The notes beneath the pieces are model-generated. The model was not told the origin of the DNA and ran no database searches. It worked only from the letters and a program-made list of their open reading frames with translations. A DNA stretch of 64,000 nucleotides, from positions 15,128,001-15,192,000 of the forward strand of contig OZ024753.1 of assembly GCA_964016885.1 (NCBI GenBank), given 5' to 3'. Positions within the stretch are counted from its first letter, which is position 1. Each line of letters begins with the position of its first letter. The position numbers and the translations under genes are program-made. Shown here in pieces: positions 39,995 to 54,100 of the stretch. The DNA is from Eledone cirrhosa. Its lineage: Eukaryota.

Positions 39995-40800
39995 ATATAT
40001 ATATACTCCATATGACCATTACTCGACAGAGTACTCGATACTTGGAGCAGTAGAATATGGTTATATTATAGAGAATCGGGACCCTATGGCTGAGCTCTTG
40101 CCATTTCAACAGCTAGTTACAGACTGTTTATAGTATATATATATATATATATATATATACATACACACACACATATATATATATATATATTGATATATAT
40201 GTGTGGGGCGGGGAATTTATAGCTGTGAAAAGTAACGTACTAAATGCAAGTTTTATAGTTTTACAGCATTATAATATATATGTTTCTTTATTAGCCACAG
40301 GGGCACAAAAGAAGGGGACAAATATATTTAGATAACTGTTGTCGTTAAACCAAGTTTCACTGCTTCTCGCTCTATCAGGATATATCATACTACAAAACAT
40401 TACTAATTTAAAATGGCGGCTGGACTTTGCCTCATTATTTGACAAGTGAATTAGATGCAAAGGGCAGTAATTCACAACTGGAAAAGCTGCCAAAAAATGT
40501 CAAGGATATCGTGTTTTTCTTAAAGGGAGAAAACTGTACTTCTCTTAACAATTAATAACCATAATTTAGCTTAAATTTACATGGCCAGTTCGTCTGTAAC
40601 TCAAGAATTGTTTGTTTCTGAACATATTTTCTCTCACAGAAATATATGTGCACGGGCAGATATGCACTGTGTGAATGCAGTTTTAAATAAGTTCAGCCGT
40701 CCAATAAATATTTCCCTCAAAATGGACTCCGTGAACTGTAGGAAGTCTGTCATGGGACTTTGCAAAGCTAACCTCTGCTTTAACAGAAAACAAAATGGAC

Positions 40801-41026
40801 TTAATCCTTTAGCATTTAAACCGGCCGTATCCGGCCAGAATTCTCTCACCTCTTTCTGTTCAAACCGGCCATAACCAGCATATCATACTTATGTTAAGGT
40901 ATTGATCTAAGAAAAATAATATCAAAATCTCATAGATTTATATTATATGAGACAATTATGTGAGTAAAGTGTTTACTGTGAAAATACGATAGTAAATATA
41001 GAATAATGTAAATGCTAAAAGGTTAA
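40801..41026 (-). mobile_element. piggyBac-type MITE
   Basis: TTAA-TCCTTTAGCATTT...AAATGCTAAAAGG-TTAA; reverse complement of 11478-11706. Confidence 0.78.
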
Positions 41027-41187
41027 AACGCCCGGCGTGTTATTGTTACAGAACACTTATAATTATAATTTCATCGTTTACTTAAAATTATATAAATATA
41101 TATCATTATGAAAGTGTGCATAATATAATATTCACACAAGGCTATTATTGATTTCTTTTAAAGGTTAATATTGATCTAAATGCAAAA

Positions 41188-41330
41188 TAATGGTTTCTAC
41201 TTTAGGAACAAGGCCATCAATTTTGGGGGAGGGGAAAGATGATTAAATCGACCCCAGTGTATTACTGGTACTTTATTTTATCGACCCCGTAAGGATGAAA
41301 GGCAAAGCTAACCTCGGCGAGATTTGAACT
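41188..41330 (-). mobile_element. tRNA-derived SINE fragment, longer subfamily
   Basis: Tail, central domain and B box present. Confidence 0.75.
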
Positions 41331-41691
41331 ATTTATTGACTTTGGTGGGATTTGATGTCAAAACACAGAGAGGCAAAACAAATATCACAAAGGATTTACT
41401 GCGATATCTTAACGACTGACAATTCATTGTCGTTTGATCAGACGTAAGTCTGGATATAGGATAAATATACCATAATGCCTTGTGGAGTTGTAGAGGGTCC
41501 GACATACGGTGTGTCTAGGGAACATTTAAACCTGGCCGGGTCTGAACACAGCCCATTTTTTTCTTAGAGCAAGAATTGACCCCAGTTGACTGGTAATTTT
41601 TGTTGTTGACCTCGAAAGAATGTAAGGCAACGTTTACCATGGCGGGATTTGAACCGAGAGCGCGCCATGAGGCGGGACGAATGCCATAAAC

Positions 41692-42051
41692 CAGAGGCGT
41701 GCAACTTATTCCATTGGTGGGCCACTTTTGAAAATTGGAACAACTATTAGGACCATTAACATTTATTAAGCACTATTCCAAAGATTCACCTCAATTTCTT
41801 TCCATAACATGGAGCTGGGAAATTATAACACACATAACCATATCAATGAAGCCCTTTAGTATAGGTCAACTAACACACGTAACCCTGTCAGTGAAGCCCT
41901 TTAGTATAGGTCAACTAACAGAAGTATTACGGTTACGAAAAAAATCCTAAATAAGCCTACAAGATAACAATTAAAAACGGTCATCGCGGTCCACTCTGAC
42001 AGCTCTGGTGGGACGGATTGTGGCCCGCGGGCCGCCTGTTGCTCCCCCCTG
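41692..42051. mobile_element. hAT (Charlie-like) MITE
   Basis: Imperfect TIRs CAGAGGCGTGCAAC / GTTGCTCCCCCCTG, subterminal GGCCCGCGGGCCG, eroded 8-bp TSD ccaTAaac / tcgTAaag. Confidence 0.6.
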
Positions 42052-42127
42052 TCGTAAAGCATTCTATCTGACGTCTTAAAGACTCTGCCAATTCGCCACA
42101 TATAAGTCTAAATATAGCAACAACGTA

Positions 42128-45100
42128 AGACCGCATTAATCGTCCCTGTTTCTTGTTTAGGAAACTGTTTGATAGCAGACCGCATTAATCGTCCCTGTTT
42201 CTTGTTTAGGAAACTGTTTGATAGCAGACCGCATTAATCGTCCATGTTTCTTGTTTAGGAAACTGTTTGATAGCAGACCGCATTAATCGTCCATGTTTCT
42301 TGTTTAGGAAACTGTTTGATAGCAGACCGCATTAATAATCCCTGTTTCTTGTTTAGGAAACTGTTTGATAGCAGACCGCATTAATCGTCCCTGTTTCTTG
42401 TTTAGGAAACTGTTTGATAGCAGACCGCATTAATCGTCCATGTTTCTTGTTTAGGAAACTGTTTGATAGCAGACCGCATTAATAATCCCTGTTTCTTGTT
42501 TAGGAAACTGTTTGATAGCAGACTGCATTAATCGTCCCTGTTTTTGTTTAGGAAACTGTTTGATAGCAGACCGCATTAATCGTCCTTCTTTCTTGTTTAG
42601 GAAACTGTTTGATAGCAGACTGCATTAATCGTCCTTCTTTCTTGTTTACGAAACTGTTTGATAGTAGACAGCATTAATCGTCCCTGGTTCTTGTTTAGGA
42701 AACTGTTTGATAGGAGACCGCATTAATCGTCCCTGTTTCTTGTTTAGGAAACTGTTTGATAGCAGACCGCATTAATCATCCCTGTTTCTTGATTAGGAAA
42801 CTGTTTGATAGCAGACCGCATCAATCGTCCTCGTTTCTTGTTTAAGAAACTGTTTGATAGCAGCCGCATTAATCGTCCCTGTTTCTTGTTTAGGAAACTG
42901 TTTGATAGCAGACCACATTAATCATCCCTGTTTCTTGATTAGGAAACTGTTTGATAGCAGACAGCATTAATCGTCCCTGTTTCTTGTTTAGGTAACTGTT
43001 TGATACAAGAGAGCATTAATTATCCCTGTTTCTTGTTCAGGAAACTGTTTGATAATACACAGCATTAATCGTCCCTGTTTCTTGTTTAGGAAACTGTTTG
43101 ATAGCAAACCGCATTAATCGACCCTGTTTCTTGTTTACGAAACTGTTCGATAGCAGACAGCATTAATCACCCCTGTTTCTTGTTTAGGAAACTGTTTGAT
43201 AGCAGACAGCATTAATCGTCCCTGTTTCTTGTTTAGGAAACTGTTTGATAGCAGACAGCATTAATCATCCCTGTTTCTTGTTTAGGAAACTGTATGATAC
43301 AAGACGGCATTAATCGACCCTGTTTCTTGTTTAAGAAACTGTTTGATAGCAGACCGCATTAATCGTCCCTGGTTCTTGTTTAGGAAACTCTTTGATACTA
43401 GACTGCATTAATCACCCCTGTTCTTGTTTAAGAAACTGTTTGATAGCAGACCGCATTAATAATCCGTTTCTTGTTTAGGAAACTGTTTGATAGCAGACCG
43501 CATTAATCGTCCCCGTTTCTTGTTTACGAAACTGTTTGATAGCAGACAGCATTAATCATCCCTGTTTCTTGTTTAGGAAACTGTTTGATAGCAGACCGCA
43601 TTAATAGTCCCTGTTTAGGAAACTGTTTGATAGCAGACCGCTTTAATCATCCCTGTTCTTGTTTAGGAAACTGTTTGATAGCAGACCGCATTAATCATCC
43701 CTGTTTCTTGTTTAGGAAACTGTTTGATAGCAGACCGCATTAATCATCCCTGTTTCTTGTTTAGGAAACTGTTTGATAGCAGACAGCATTAATCATCCCT
43801 GTTTCTTGTTTAGGAAACTGTATGATACAAGACGGCATTAATCGACCCTGTTTCTTGTTTAAGAAACTGTTTGATAGCAGACCGCATTAATCGTCCCTGG
43901 TTCTTGTTTAGGAAACTCTTTGATACTAGACTGCATTAATCACCCCTGTTCTTGTTTAAGAAACTGTTTGATAGCAGACCGCATTAATAATCCGTTTCTT
44001 GTTTAGGAAACTGTTTGATAGCAGACCGCATTAATCGTCCCCGTTTCTTGTTTACGAAACTGTTTGATAGCAGACAGCATTAATCATCCCTGTTTCTTGT
44101 TTAGGAAACTGTTTGATAGCAGACCGCATTAATAGTCCCTGTTTAGGAAACTGTTTGATAGCAGACCGCTTTAATCATCCCTGTTCTTGTTTAGGAAACT
44201 GTTTGATAGCAGACCGCATTAATCATCCCTGTTTCTTGTTTAGGAAACTGTTTGATAGCAGACCGCATTAATCATCCCTGTTTCTTGTTTAGGAAACTGT
44301 TTGATAGTAGACAGTATTAATCATCCTTGTTTCTTGTTTAGGAAACTGTTTGATAGCAGACTGCATTAATCATCCCTGTTTCTTGTTTAGGAAACTGTTT
44401 GATAGTAGACAGTATTAATCATCCTTGTTTCTTGGTTAGGAAACTGTTTGATAGCAGACTGCATTAATCATCCCTGTTTCTTGTTTAGGAAACTGTTTGA
44501 TAGTAGACAGTATTAATCATCCTTGTTTCTTGGTTAGGAAACTGTTTGATAGCAGACTGCATTAATCATCCTTGTTTCTTGTTTAGGAAACTGTTTGATA
44601 GCAGACTGCATTAATCATCCCTGTTTCTTGTTTAGGAAACTGTTTGATAGTAGACAGTATTAATCATCCCTGTTTCTTGTTTAGGAAACTGTTTGATAGT
44701 AGACAGTATTAATCATCCTTGTTTCTTGGTTAGGAAACTGTTTGATAGCAGACCGCATTAATCATCCCTGTTTCTTGTTCAGGAAACTGTTTGATTGCAG
44801 ACCGCATTAATCGTCCCTGTTTCTTGTTTAGGAAATTGTTTGATAGCAGACCGCATTAATCGTCCCTATCTTTGTTCAGGAAACTGTTTGATAGCAGACA
44901 GCATTAATCGTGCCTGTTTCTTGTTTAGGTAACTGTTTGATACAAGAGAGCATTAATTATCCCTGTTTCTTGTTCAGGAAACTGTTTAATAGCAGACCGC
45001 ATTAATCGTCCCTGTTCCTTGTTTAGGAAACTGTTTGATAGCAGACTGCATTAATCATCCCTGTTCTTGTTTAAGAAACTGTTTGATAGCAGACCGCATT

Positions 45101-48100
45101 AATAATCCCTGTTCCTTGTTTAGGAAACTGTTTGATAGCAGACAGCATTAATCGTCCCTGTTTCTTGTTTAGGAAACTGTTTGATAGCAGACCGCATTAA
45201 TCGTCCCTGTTTCTTGTTTAGGAAACTGTTTGATAGCAGACCGCATTAATCGTCCCTGTTTCTTGTTTAGGAAACTGTTTGATAGCAGACTGCATTAATC
45301 GTCCTTCTTTCTTGTTTACGAAACTGTTTGATAGCAGACTGCATTAATCGTCCCTGTTTTTGTTTAGGAAACTGTTTGATAGCAGACCGCATTAATCGTC
45401 CTTCTTTATTGTTTAGGAAACTGTTTGATAGAAGACAGCATTAATCGTCCCTCTTTCTTGTTTACGAAACTGTTTGATAGTAGACAGCATTAATCGTCCC
45501 TGGTTCTTGTTTAGGAAACTGTTTGATAGCAGACCACATTAATCATCCCTGTTTCTAGATTAGGAAACTGTTTGATAGCAGACCGCATTAATCGTCCTCG
45601 TTTCTTGTTTAGGTAACTGTTTGATACAAGAGAGCATTAATTATCCCTGTTTCTTGTTCAGGAAACTGTTTGATAATACACAGCATTAATCGTCACTGTT
45701 TCTTGTTTAGGAAATTGTTTGATAGCAGACCGCATTAATCATCCCTGTTTCTTGTTTAGGAAACTGTTTGATAGCAGACAGCATTAATCGTCCCTGTTTA
45801 TTGTTTACGAAACTGTTTGATTGCAGACAGCATTAATCGTCCCTCTTTCTTGTTTAGGAAACTGTTTGATAGCAGACAGCATTAATCGTCCCTGTTTCTT
45901 GTTTAGGAAACTGTTTAATAGCAGACCGCATTAATCGACCCTGTTTCTTGTTTAGGAAACTGTTTGATAGAAGACAGCATTAATCGACCCTGTTTCTTGT
46001 TTAGGAAACTGTTTGATAGAAGACAGCATTAATCGACCCTGTTTCTTGTTTAGGAAACTGTTTGATAGCAGACCGCATTAATCGTCCCTGTTTTTGTTCA
46101 GGAAACTGTTTGATAGTAGACAGCATTAATCGTCCCTGGTTCTTGTTTAGGAAACTCTTTGATAGCAGACGGCATTAATCGTCCTCGTTTCTTGTTTAGG
46201 TAACTGTTTGATACAAGAGAGCATTAATTATCCCTGTTTCTTGTTCAGGAAACTGTTTGATAATACACAGCATTAATCGTCACTGTTTCTTGTTTAGGAA
46301 ATTGTTTGATAGCAGACCGCATTAATCGTCCCTGTTTTTGTTCAGGAAACTGTTTGATAGTAGACCGCATTAATCGTCCCTGGTTCTTGTTTAGGAAACT
46401 CTTTGATAGCAGACTGCATTAATCATCCCTGTTCTTGTTTAAGAAACTGTTTGATAGCAGACCGCATTAATAATCCCTGTTTCTTGTTTAGGAAACTGTT
46501 TGATAGCAGACCGCATTAATCGTCCCTGGTTCTTGTTTAGGAAACTGTTTGATAGCAGACCGTATTAATAATCTCTGTTTCTTGTTTAGGAAACTGTTTG
46601 ATAGCAGACCGCATTAATCGTCCCTGTTTCTTGTTTAGGAAACTGTTTGATAGCAGACCGTATTAATAATCTGTTTCTTGTTTAGGAAACTGTTTGATAG
46701 CAGACCGCATTAATCGTCCCTGTTTCTTGTTTAGGAAACTGTTTGATAGTAGACAGCATTAATCGTCCCTGTTTCTTGTTTAGGAAACTGTTTGATAGTA
46801 GACAGCATTAATCGTCCCTGTTTCTTGTTTAGGAAACTGTTTGATAGCAGACCGTATTAATAATCTCTGTTTCTTGTTTAGGAAACTGTTTGATAGCAGA
46901 CGGCATTAATCGTCCCTGTTTCTTGTTTAGGAAACTGTTTGATAGCAGACAGCATTAATCATCCCTGTTTCTTGTTTAGGAAACTGTTCGATAGCAGACA
47001 GCATTAATCACCCCTGTTTCTTGTTTAGGAAACTGTTTAATAGCAGACCGCATTAATCGACCCTGTTTCTTGTTTAGGAAACTGTTTGATAGCAGACAGC
47101 ATTAATCGTCCCTGTTTCTTGTTTAGGAAACTGTTCGATAGCAGACAGCATTAATCACCCCTGTTTCTTGTTTAGGTAACTGTTTAATAGCAGACCGCAT
47201 TAATCGACCCTGTTTCTTGTTTAGGAAACTGTTTGATAGCAGACAGCATTAATCGTCCCTGTTTCTTGTTTAAGAAAATGTTCGATAGCAGACAGCATTA
47301 ATCACCCCTGTTTCTTGTTTAGGAAACTCTTTAATAGCAGACCGCATTAATCGACCCTGTTTCTTGTTTAGGAAACTGTTTGATAGCAGACAGCATTAAT
47401 CGTCCCTGTTTCTTGTTTAGGAAACTGTTCGATAGCAGACAGCTTTAATCACCCCTGTTTCTTGTTTAGGAAACTGTTTAATAGCAGACCGCATTAATCG
47501 ACCCTGTTTCTTGTTTAGGAAACTGTTTGATAGCAGACAGCATTAATCGTCCCTGTTTCTTGTTTAGGAAACTGTTCGAAAGCAGACAGCATTAATCACC
47601 CCTGTTTCTTGTTTAGGAAACTGTTTAATAGCAGACCGCATTAATCGACCCTGTTTCTTGTTTAGGAAACTGTTTGATAGCAGCCAGCATTAATCGTCCC
47701 TGTTTCTTGTTTAGGAAACTGTTCGATAGCAGACAGCATTAATCACCCCTGTTTCTTGTTTAGGAAACTGTTTAATAGCAGACCGCATTAATCGACCCTG
47801 TTTCTTGTTTAGGAAACTGTTTGATAGAAGACAGCATTAATCGTCCCTGTTTCTTGTTTAGGAAACTGTTCGATAGCAGACAGCATTAATCACCCCTGTT
47901 TCTTGTTTAGGAAACTGTTTAATAGCAGACCGCATTAATCGACCCTGTTTCTTGTTTAGGAAACTGTTTGATAGCAGACCGCATTAATCGACCCTGTTTC
48001 TTGTTTAGGAAACTGTTTGATAGCAGACAGCATTAATCGTCCCTGTTTCTTGTTTAGGAAACTGTTCGATAGCAGACAGCATTAATCACCCCTGTTTCTT

Positions 48101-51100
48101 GTTTAGGAAACTGTTTAATAGCAGACCGCATTAATCGTCCCTGGTACTTGTTTAGGAAACTCTTTGATAGTAGACTGCATTAATCATCGCTGTTCTTATT
48201 TAAGAAACTGTTTGATAGCAGACCGCATTAATAATCCCTGTTTCTTGTTTAGGAAACTGTTTGATAGCAGACAGCATTAATCACCACGGTTTCTTGTTTA
48301 GGGAACTGTTTGATAGCAGACCGCATTAATCGTCCCTGTTTCTTGTTTAGGAAACTGTTCGATAGCAGACAGCTTTAATCACCCCTGTTTCTTGTTTAGG
48401 AAACTGTTTAATAGCAGACCGCATTAATCGACCCTGTTTCTTGTTTAGGAAACTGTTTGATAGCAGACAGCATTAATCGTCCCTGTTTCTTGTTTAGGAA
48501 ACTGTTCGAAAGCAGACAGCATTAATCACCCCTGTTTCTTGTTTAGGAAACTGTTTAATAGCAGACCGCATTAATCGACCCTGTTTCTTGTTTAGGAAAC
48601 TGTTTGATAGCAGCCAGCATTAATCGTCCCTGTTTCTTGTTTAGGAAACTGTTCGATAGCAGACAGCATTAATCACCCCTGTTTCTTGTTTAGGAAACTG
48701 TTTAATAGCAGACCGCATTAATCGACCCTGTTTCTTGTTTAGGAAACTGTTTGATAGAAGACAGCATTAATCGTCCCTGTTTCTTGTTTAGGAAACTGTT
48801 CGATAGCAGACAGCATTAATCACCCCTGTTTCTTGTTTAGGAAACTGTTTAATAGCAGACCGCATTAATCGACCCTGTTTCTTGTTTAGGAAACTGTTTG
48901 ATAGCAGACCGCATTAATCGACCCTGTTTCTTGTTTAGGAAACTGTTTGATAGCAGACAGCATTAATCGTCCCTGTTTCTTGTTTAGGAAACTGTTTGAT
49001 AGCAGACAGCATTAATCACCACGGTTTCTTGTTTAGGGAACTGTTTGATAGCAGACCGCATTAATCGTCCCTGTTTCTTGTTTACGAAACTGTTTGATAG
49101 CAGACAGCATTAATCGTCCCTGTTTCTTGTTTAGGAAACTGTTTAATAGCAGACCGCCTTAATCGTACCTGTTTCTTGTTTAGGAAACTGTTTGATAGAA
49201 GACAGCATTAATCGACCCTGTTTCTTGTTTAGGAAACTGTTTGACAGCAGACCGCATTAATCGTCCCTGGTTCTTGTTTAGGAAACTGTTTGATAGCAGA
49301 CTGCATTAATCATCCCTGTTTCTTGTGTAGGAAACTGTTTGATAGTAGACAGTATTAATCATCCTTGTTTCTTGTTTAGGAAACTGTTTGATAGTAGACC
49401 GCATTAATCATCCCTGTTTCTTGTTTAGGAAACTGTTTGATAGTAGACCGCATTAATCGTTCCTGTTTCTTGTTTAGGAAACTGTTTGATAGTAGACCGC
49501 ATTAATCGTCCCCGTTTCTTTTTTAGGAAACTGTTTGATAGCAGACCGCATTAATCGTCCCTGTTTCTTGTTTAGGAAACTGTTTGGTAGCAGACTGCAT
49601 TAATCATCCCTGTTTCTTGTTTAGGAAACTGTTTGATAGCAGACCGCATTAATCGTCCCTATTTTTGTTTAGGAAACTGTTTGTTAGTAGACCGCATTAA
49701 TCGTCCCTGTTTCTTGTTTAGGAAACTTTTTGATAGCAGACCGCATTAATCACCCCTGTTTGTTGTTTAGGAAACTGTTTGATAGCAGACAGCATTAATC
49801 GTCCCTGTTTCTTGTTTAGGAAACTGTTTGATAGCAGACAGCATTAATCGTCCCTGTTTCTTGTTTAGGAAACTGTTTGATAGCAGACAGCATTAACCAC
49901 CCCTGTTTCTTGTTTAGGGAACTGTTTGATATTACACAGCATTAATCGTCACTGTTTCTTGTTTAGGAAATTGTTTGATAGCAGACGGCATTAATCATCC
50001 CTGTTTCTTGTTTAGGAAACTGTTTGATAGCAGACCGCATTAATCGTCCCTGTTTCTTGTTTGGGAAATTGTTTGATAGCAGACGGCATTAATCGTCCCT
50101 GTTTCTTGTTTAGGTAACTGTTTGATAGCAGACAGCATTAATCGTCACTGTTTCTTGTTTAGGTAACTGTTTGATAGCAGACCGCATTAATCATCCCTGT
50201 TTCTTGTTTAAGAAATTGTTTGATAGCAGACGGCATTAATCGTCCCTGTTTCTTGTTTAGGTAACTGTTTGATAGCAGACAGCATTAATCGTCACTGTTT
50301 CTTGTTTAGGTAACTGTTTGATAGCAGACCGCATTAATCATCCCTGTTTCTTGTTTAAAAAATTGTTTGATAGCAGACGGCATTAATCGTCCCTGTTTCT
50401 TGTTTAGGAAACTGTTTGATAGCAGACGGCATTAATCATCCCGGTTTCTTGTTTAGGAAACTGTTTGATAGCAGACGGCATTAATCATCCCTGTTTCTTG
50501 TTTAGGAAACTGTTTGATAGCAGACGGCATTAATCATCCCTGTTTCTTGTTTAGGAAACTGTTTGATAGCAGACAGCATTAATCGTCCCTGTTTCTTGTT
50601 TAGGAAACTGTTTGATAGCAGACGGCATTAATCATCCCTGTTTCTTGTTTAGGAAACTGTTTGATAGCAGACGGCATTAATCATCCCGGTTTCTTGTTTA
50701 GGAAACTGTTTGATAGCAGACGGCATTAATCATCCCGGTTTCTTGTTTAGGAAACTGTTTGATAGCAGACGGCATTAATCATCCCTGTTTCTTGTTTAGG
50801 AAACTGTTTGATAGCAGACGGCATTAATCATCCCTGTTTCTTGTTTAGGAAACTGTTTGATAGCAGACGGCATTAATCATCCCGGTTTCTTGTTTAGGAA
50901 ACTGTTTGATAGCAGACGGCATTAATCATCCCGGTTTCTTGTTTAGGAAACTGTTTGATAGCAGACAGCATTAATCATCCCTGTTTCTTGTTTAGGAAAC
51001 TGTTTGATAGCAGACGGCATTAATCATCCCTGTTTCTTGTTTAGGAAACTGTTTGATAGCAGACGGCATTAATCATCCCGGTTTCTTGTTTAGGAAACTG

Positions 51101-54100
51101 TTTGATAGCAGACGGCATTAATCATCCCGGTTTCTTGTTTAGGAAACTGTTTGATAGCAGACCGCATTAATCATCCCTGTTTCTTGTTTAGGAAACTGTT
51201 TGTTAGTAGACCGCATTAATCATCCCTGTTTCTTGTTTAGGTAACTGTTTGATAGCAGACAGCATTAATCGTCCCTGTTTCTTGTTTAGGAAACTGTTTG
51301 ATAGCAGACGGCATTAATCATCCCGGTTTCTTGTTTAGGAAACTGTTTGATAGCAGACCGCATTAATCGTCCCTGTTTCTTGTTTAAGAAATTGTTTGAT
51401 AGCAGACCGCATTAATCATCCCTGTTTCTTGTTTAGGAAACTGTTTGATAGCAGACGGCATTAATCATCCCTGTTTCTTGTTTAGGAAACTGTTTGATAG
51501 TAGACCGCATTAATCGTCCCTGTTTCTTGTTTAGGAAACTGTTTGATAGCAGACAGCATTAATCATCCCTGTTTCTTGTTTAGGTAACTGTTTGATAGCA
51601 GACCGTATTAATCGTCCCTGGTTCTTGTTTACGAAACTGTTTGATAGCAGACCGCATTAATCGTCCCTGGTTCTTGTTTAGGAAACTGTTTGATAGCAGG
51701 CAGCATTAATCGTCCCTGTTTCTTGTTTAGGAAACTGTTTGATAGCAGGCAGCATTAATCGTCCCTGTTTCTTGTTTAGGAAACTGTTTGATAGCAGACA
51801 GCATTAATCATCCCTGTTTCTTGTTTAGGTAACTGTTTGATAGCAGACCGTATTAATCGTCCCTGTTTCTTGTTTAGGAAACTGTTTGATAGCAGACCGC
51901 ATTAATCATCCCTGTTTCTTGTTTAGGAAACTGTTTGATAGCAGGCAGCATTAATCGTCCCTGTTTCTTGTTTAGGAAACTGTTTGATAGCAGACCGCAT
52001 TAATCGTCCCTGTTTCTTGTTTAGGAAACTGTTTGATAGCAGGCAGCATTAATCGTCCCTGTTTCTTGTTTAGGAAACTGTTTGATAGCAGACAGCATTA
52101 ATCATCCCTGTTTCTTGTTTAGGTAACTGTTTGATAGCAGACCGTATTAATCGTCCCTGGTTCTTGTTTACGAAACTGTTTGATAGCAGACCGCATTAAT
52201 CATCCCCGTTTCTTGTTTAGGAAACTGTTTGATAGCAGACAGCATTAATCATCCCTGTTTCTTGTTTAGGAAACTGTTTGATAGCAGACCGCATTAATCG
52301 TCCCTGGTTCTTGTTTACGAAACTGTTTGATAGCAGACCGCATTAATCATCCCTGTTTCTTGTTTAGGAAACTGTTTGATAGCAGACAGCATTAATCATC
52401 CCTGTTTCTTGTTTAGGTAACTGTTTGATAGCAGACCGTATTAATCGTCCCTGGTTCTTGTTTACGAAACTGTTTGATAGCAGACCGCATTAATAATCCC
52501 TGTTTCTTTTTTACGAAACTGTTTGATAGCAGACTGCATTAATCATCCCTGTTTCTTGTTTAGGAAACTGTTTGATAGCAGACCGCATTAATCGTCCCTG
52601 TTTCTTGTTTAAGAAATTGTTTGATAGCAGACCGCATTAATCATCCCTGTTTCTTGTTTAGGAAACTGTTTGATAGCAGACTGCATTAATCATCCCTGTT
52701 TCTTGATTAGGAAACTGTTTGATAGCAGACTGTATTAATCATCCCTGTTTCTTGTTTAGGAAACTGTTTGATCGCAGACCGCATTAATCGTCCCTGTTTC
52801 TTGTTTAGGAAACTGTTTGATCGCAGACCGCATTAATCATCCCTGTTTCTTGTTTAGGAAACTGTTTGATAGCAGACAGCATTAATCATCCCTGTTTCTT
52901 GTTTAGGAAACTGTTTGATAGCAGACCGCATTAATCGTCCCTGTTTCTTGTTTACGAAACTGTTTGATAGCAGACCGCATTAATCATCCCTGTTTCTTGT
53001 TTAGGAAACTGTTTGATAGCAGACCGCATTAATCGTCCCTGTTTCTTGTTTACGAAACTGTTTGATAGCAGACCGCATTAATCATCCCTGTTTCTTGTTT
53101 AGGAAACTGTTTGATAGCAGACCGCATTAATCGTCCCTGTTTCTTGTTTACGAAACTGTTTGATAGCAGACCGCATTAATCATCCCTGTTTCTTGTTTAG
53201 GAAACTGTTTGATAGCAGACGGCATTAATCATCCCTGTTTCTTGTTTAGGAAACTGTTTGATAGCAGACCGCATTAATCATCCCTGTTTCTTGTTTAGGA
53301 AACTGTTTGATAGCAGACCGCATTAATCATCCCTGTTTCTTGTTTACGAAACTGTTTGATAGCAGACCGCATTAATCGTCCCTGTTTCTTGTTTAGGAAA
53401 CTGTTTGATAGCAGACCGCATTAATAATCCCTGTTTCTTGTTTAGGAAACTGTTTGATAGCAGACCGCATTAATCGTCCCTGTTTCTTGTTTACGAAACT
53501 GTTTGATAGCAGACCGCATTAATCGTCCCTGTTTCTTGTTTAGGAAACTGTTTGATAGCAGACCGCATTAATAATCCCTGTTTCTTGTTTAGGAAACTGT
53601 TTGATAGCAGACCGCATTAATAATCCCTGTTTCTTGTTTAGGAAACTGTTTGATAGCAGACCGCATTAATCATCCCTGTTTCTTGGTTAGGAAACTGTTT
53701 GATAGCAGACCGCATTAATCATCCCTGTTTCTTGTTTAGGAAACTGTTTGATAGCAGACCGCATTAATCGTCTCTGTTTCTTGGTTAGGAAACTGTTTGA
53801 TAGCAGACCGCATTAATCATCCCTGTTTCTTGTTTAGGAAACTGTTTGATAGCAGACCGCATTAATCGTCTCTGTTTCTTGGTTAGGAAACTGTTTGATA
53901 GCAGACGGCATTAATCATCCCTGTTTCTTGTTTAGGAAACTGTTTGATAGCAGACGGCATTAATCATCCCTGTTTCTTGTTTAGGAAACTGTTTGATAGC
54001 AGACCGCATTAATCATCCCTGTTTCTTGTTTAGGAAACTGTTTGATAGCAGACAGCATTAATCATCCCGGTTTCTTGTTTAGGAAACTGTTTGATAGCAG

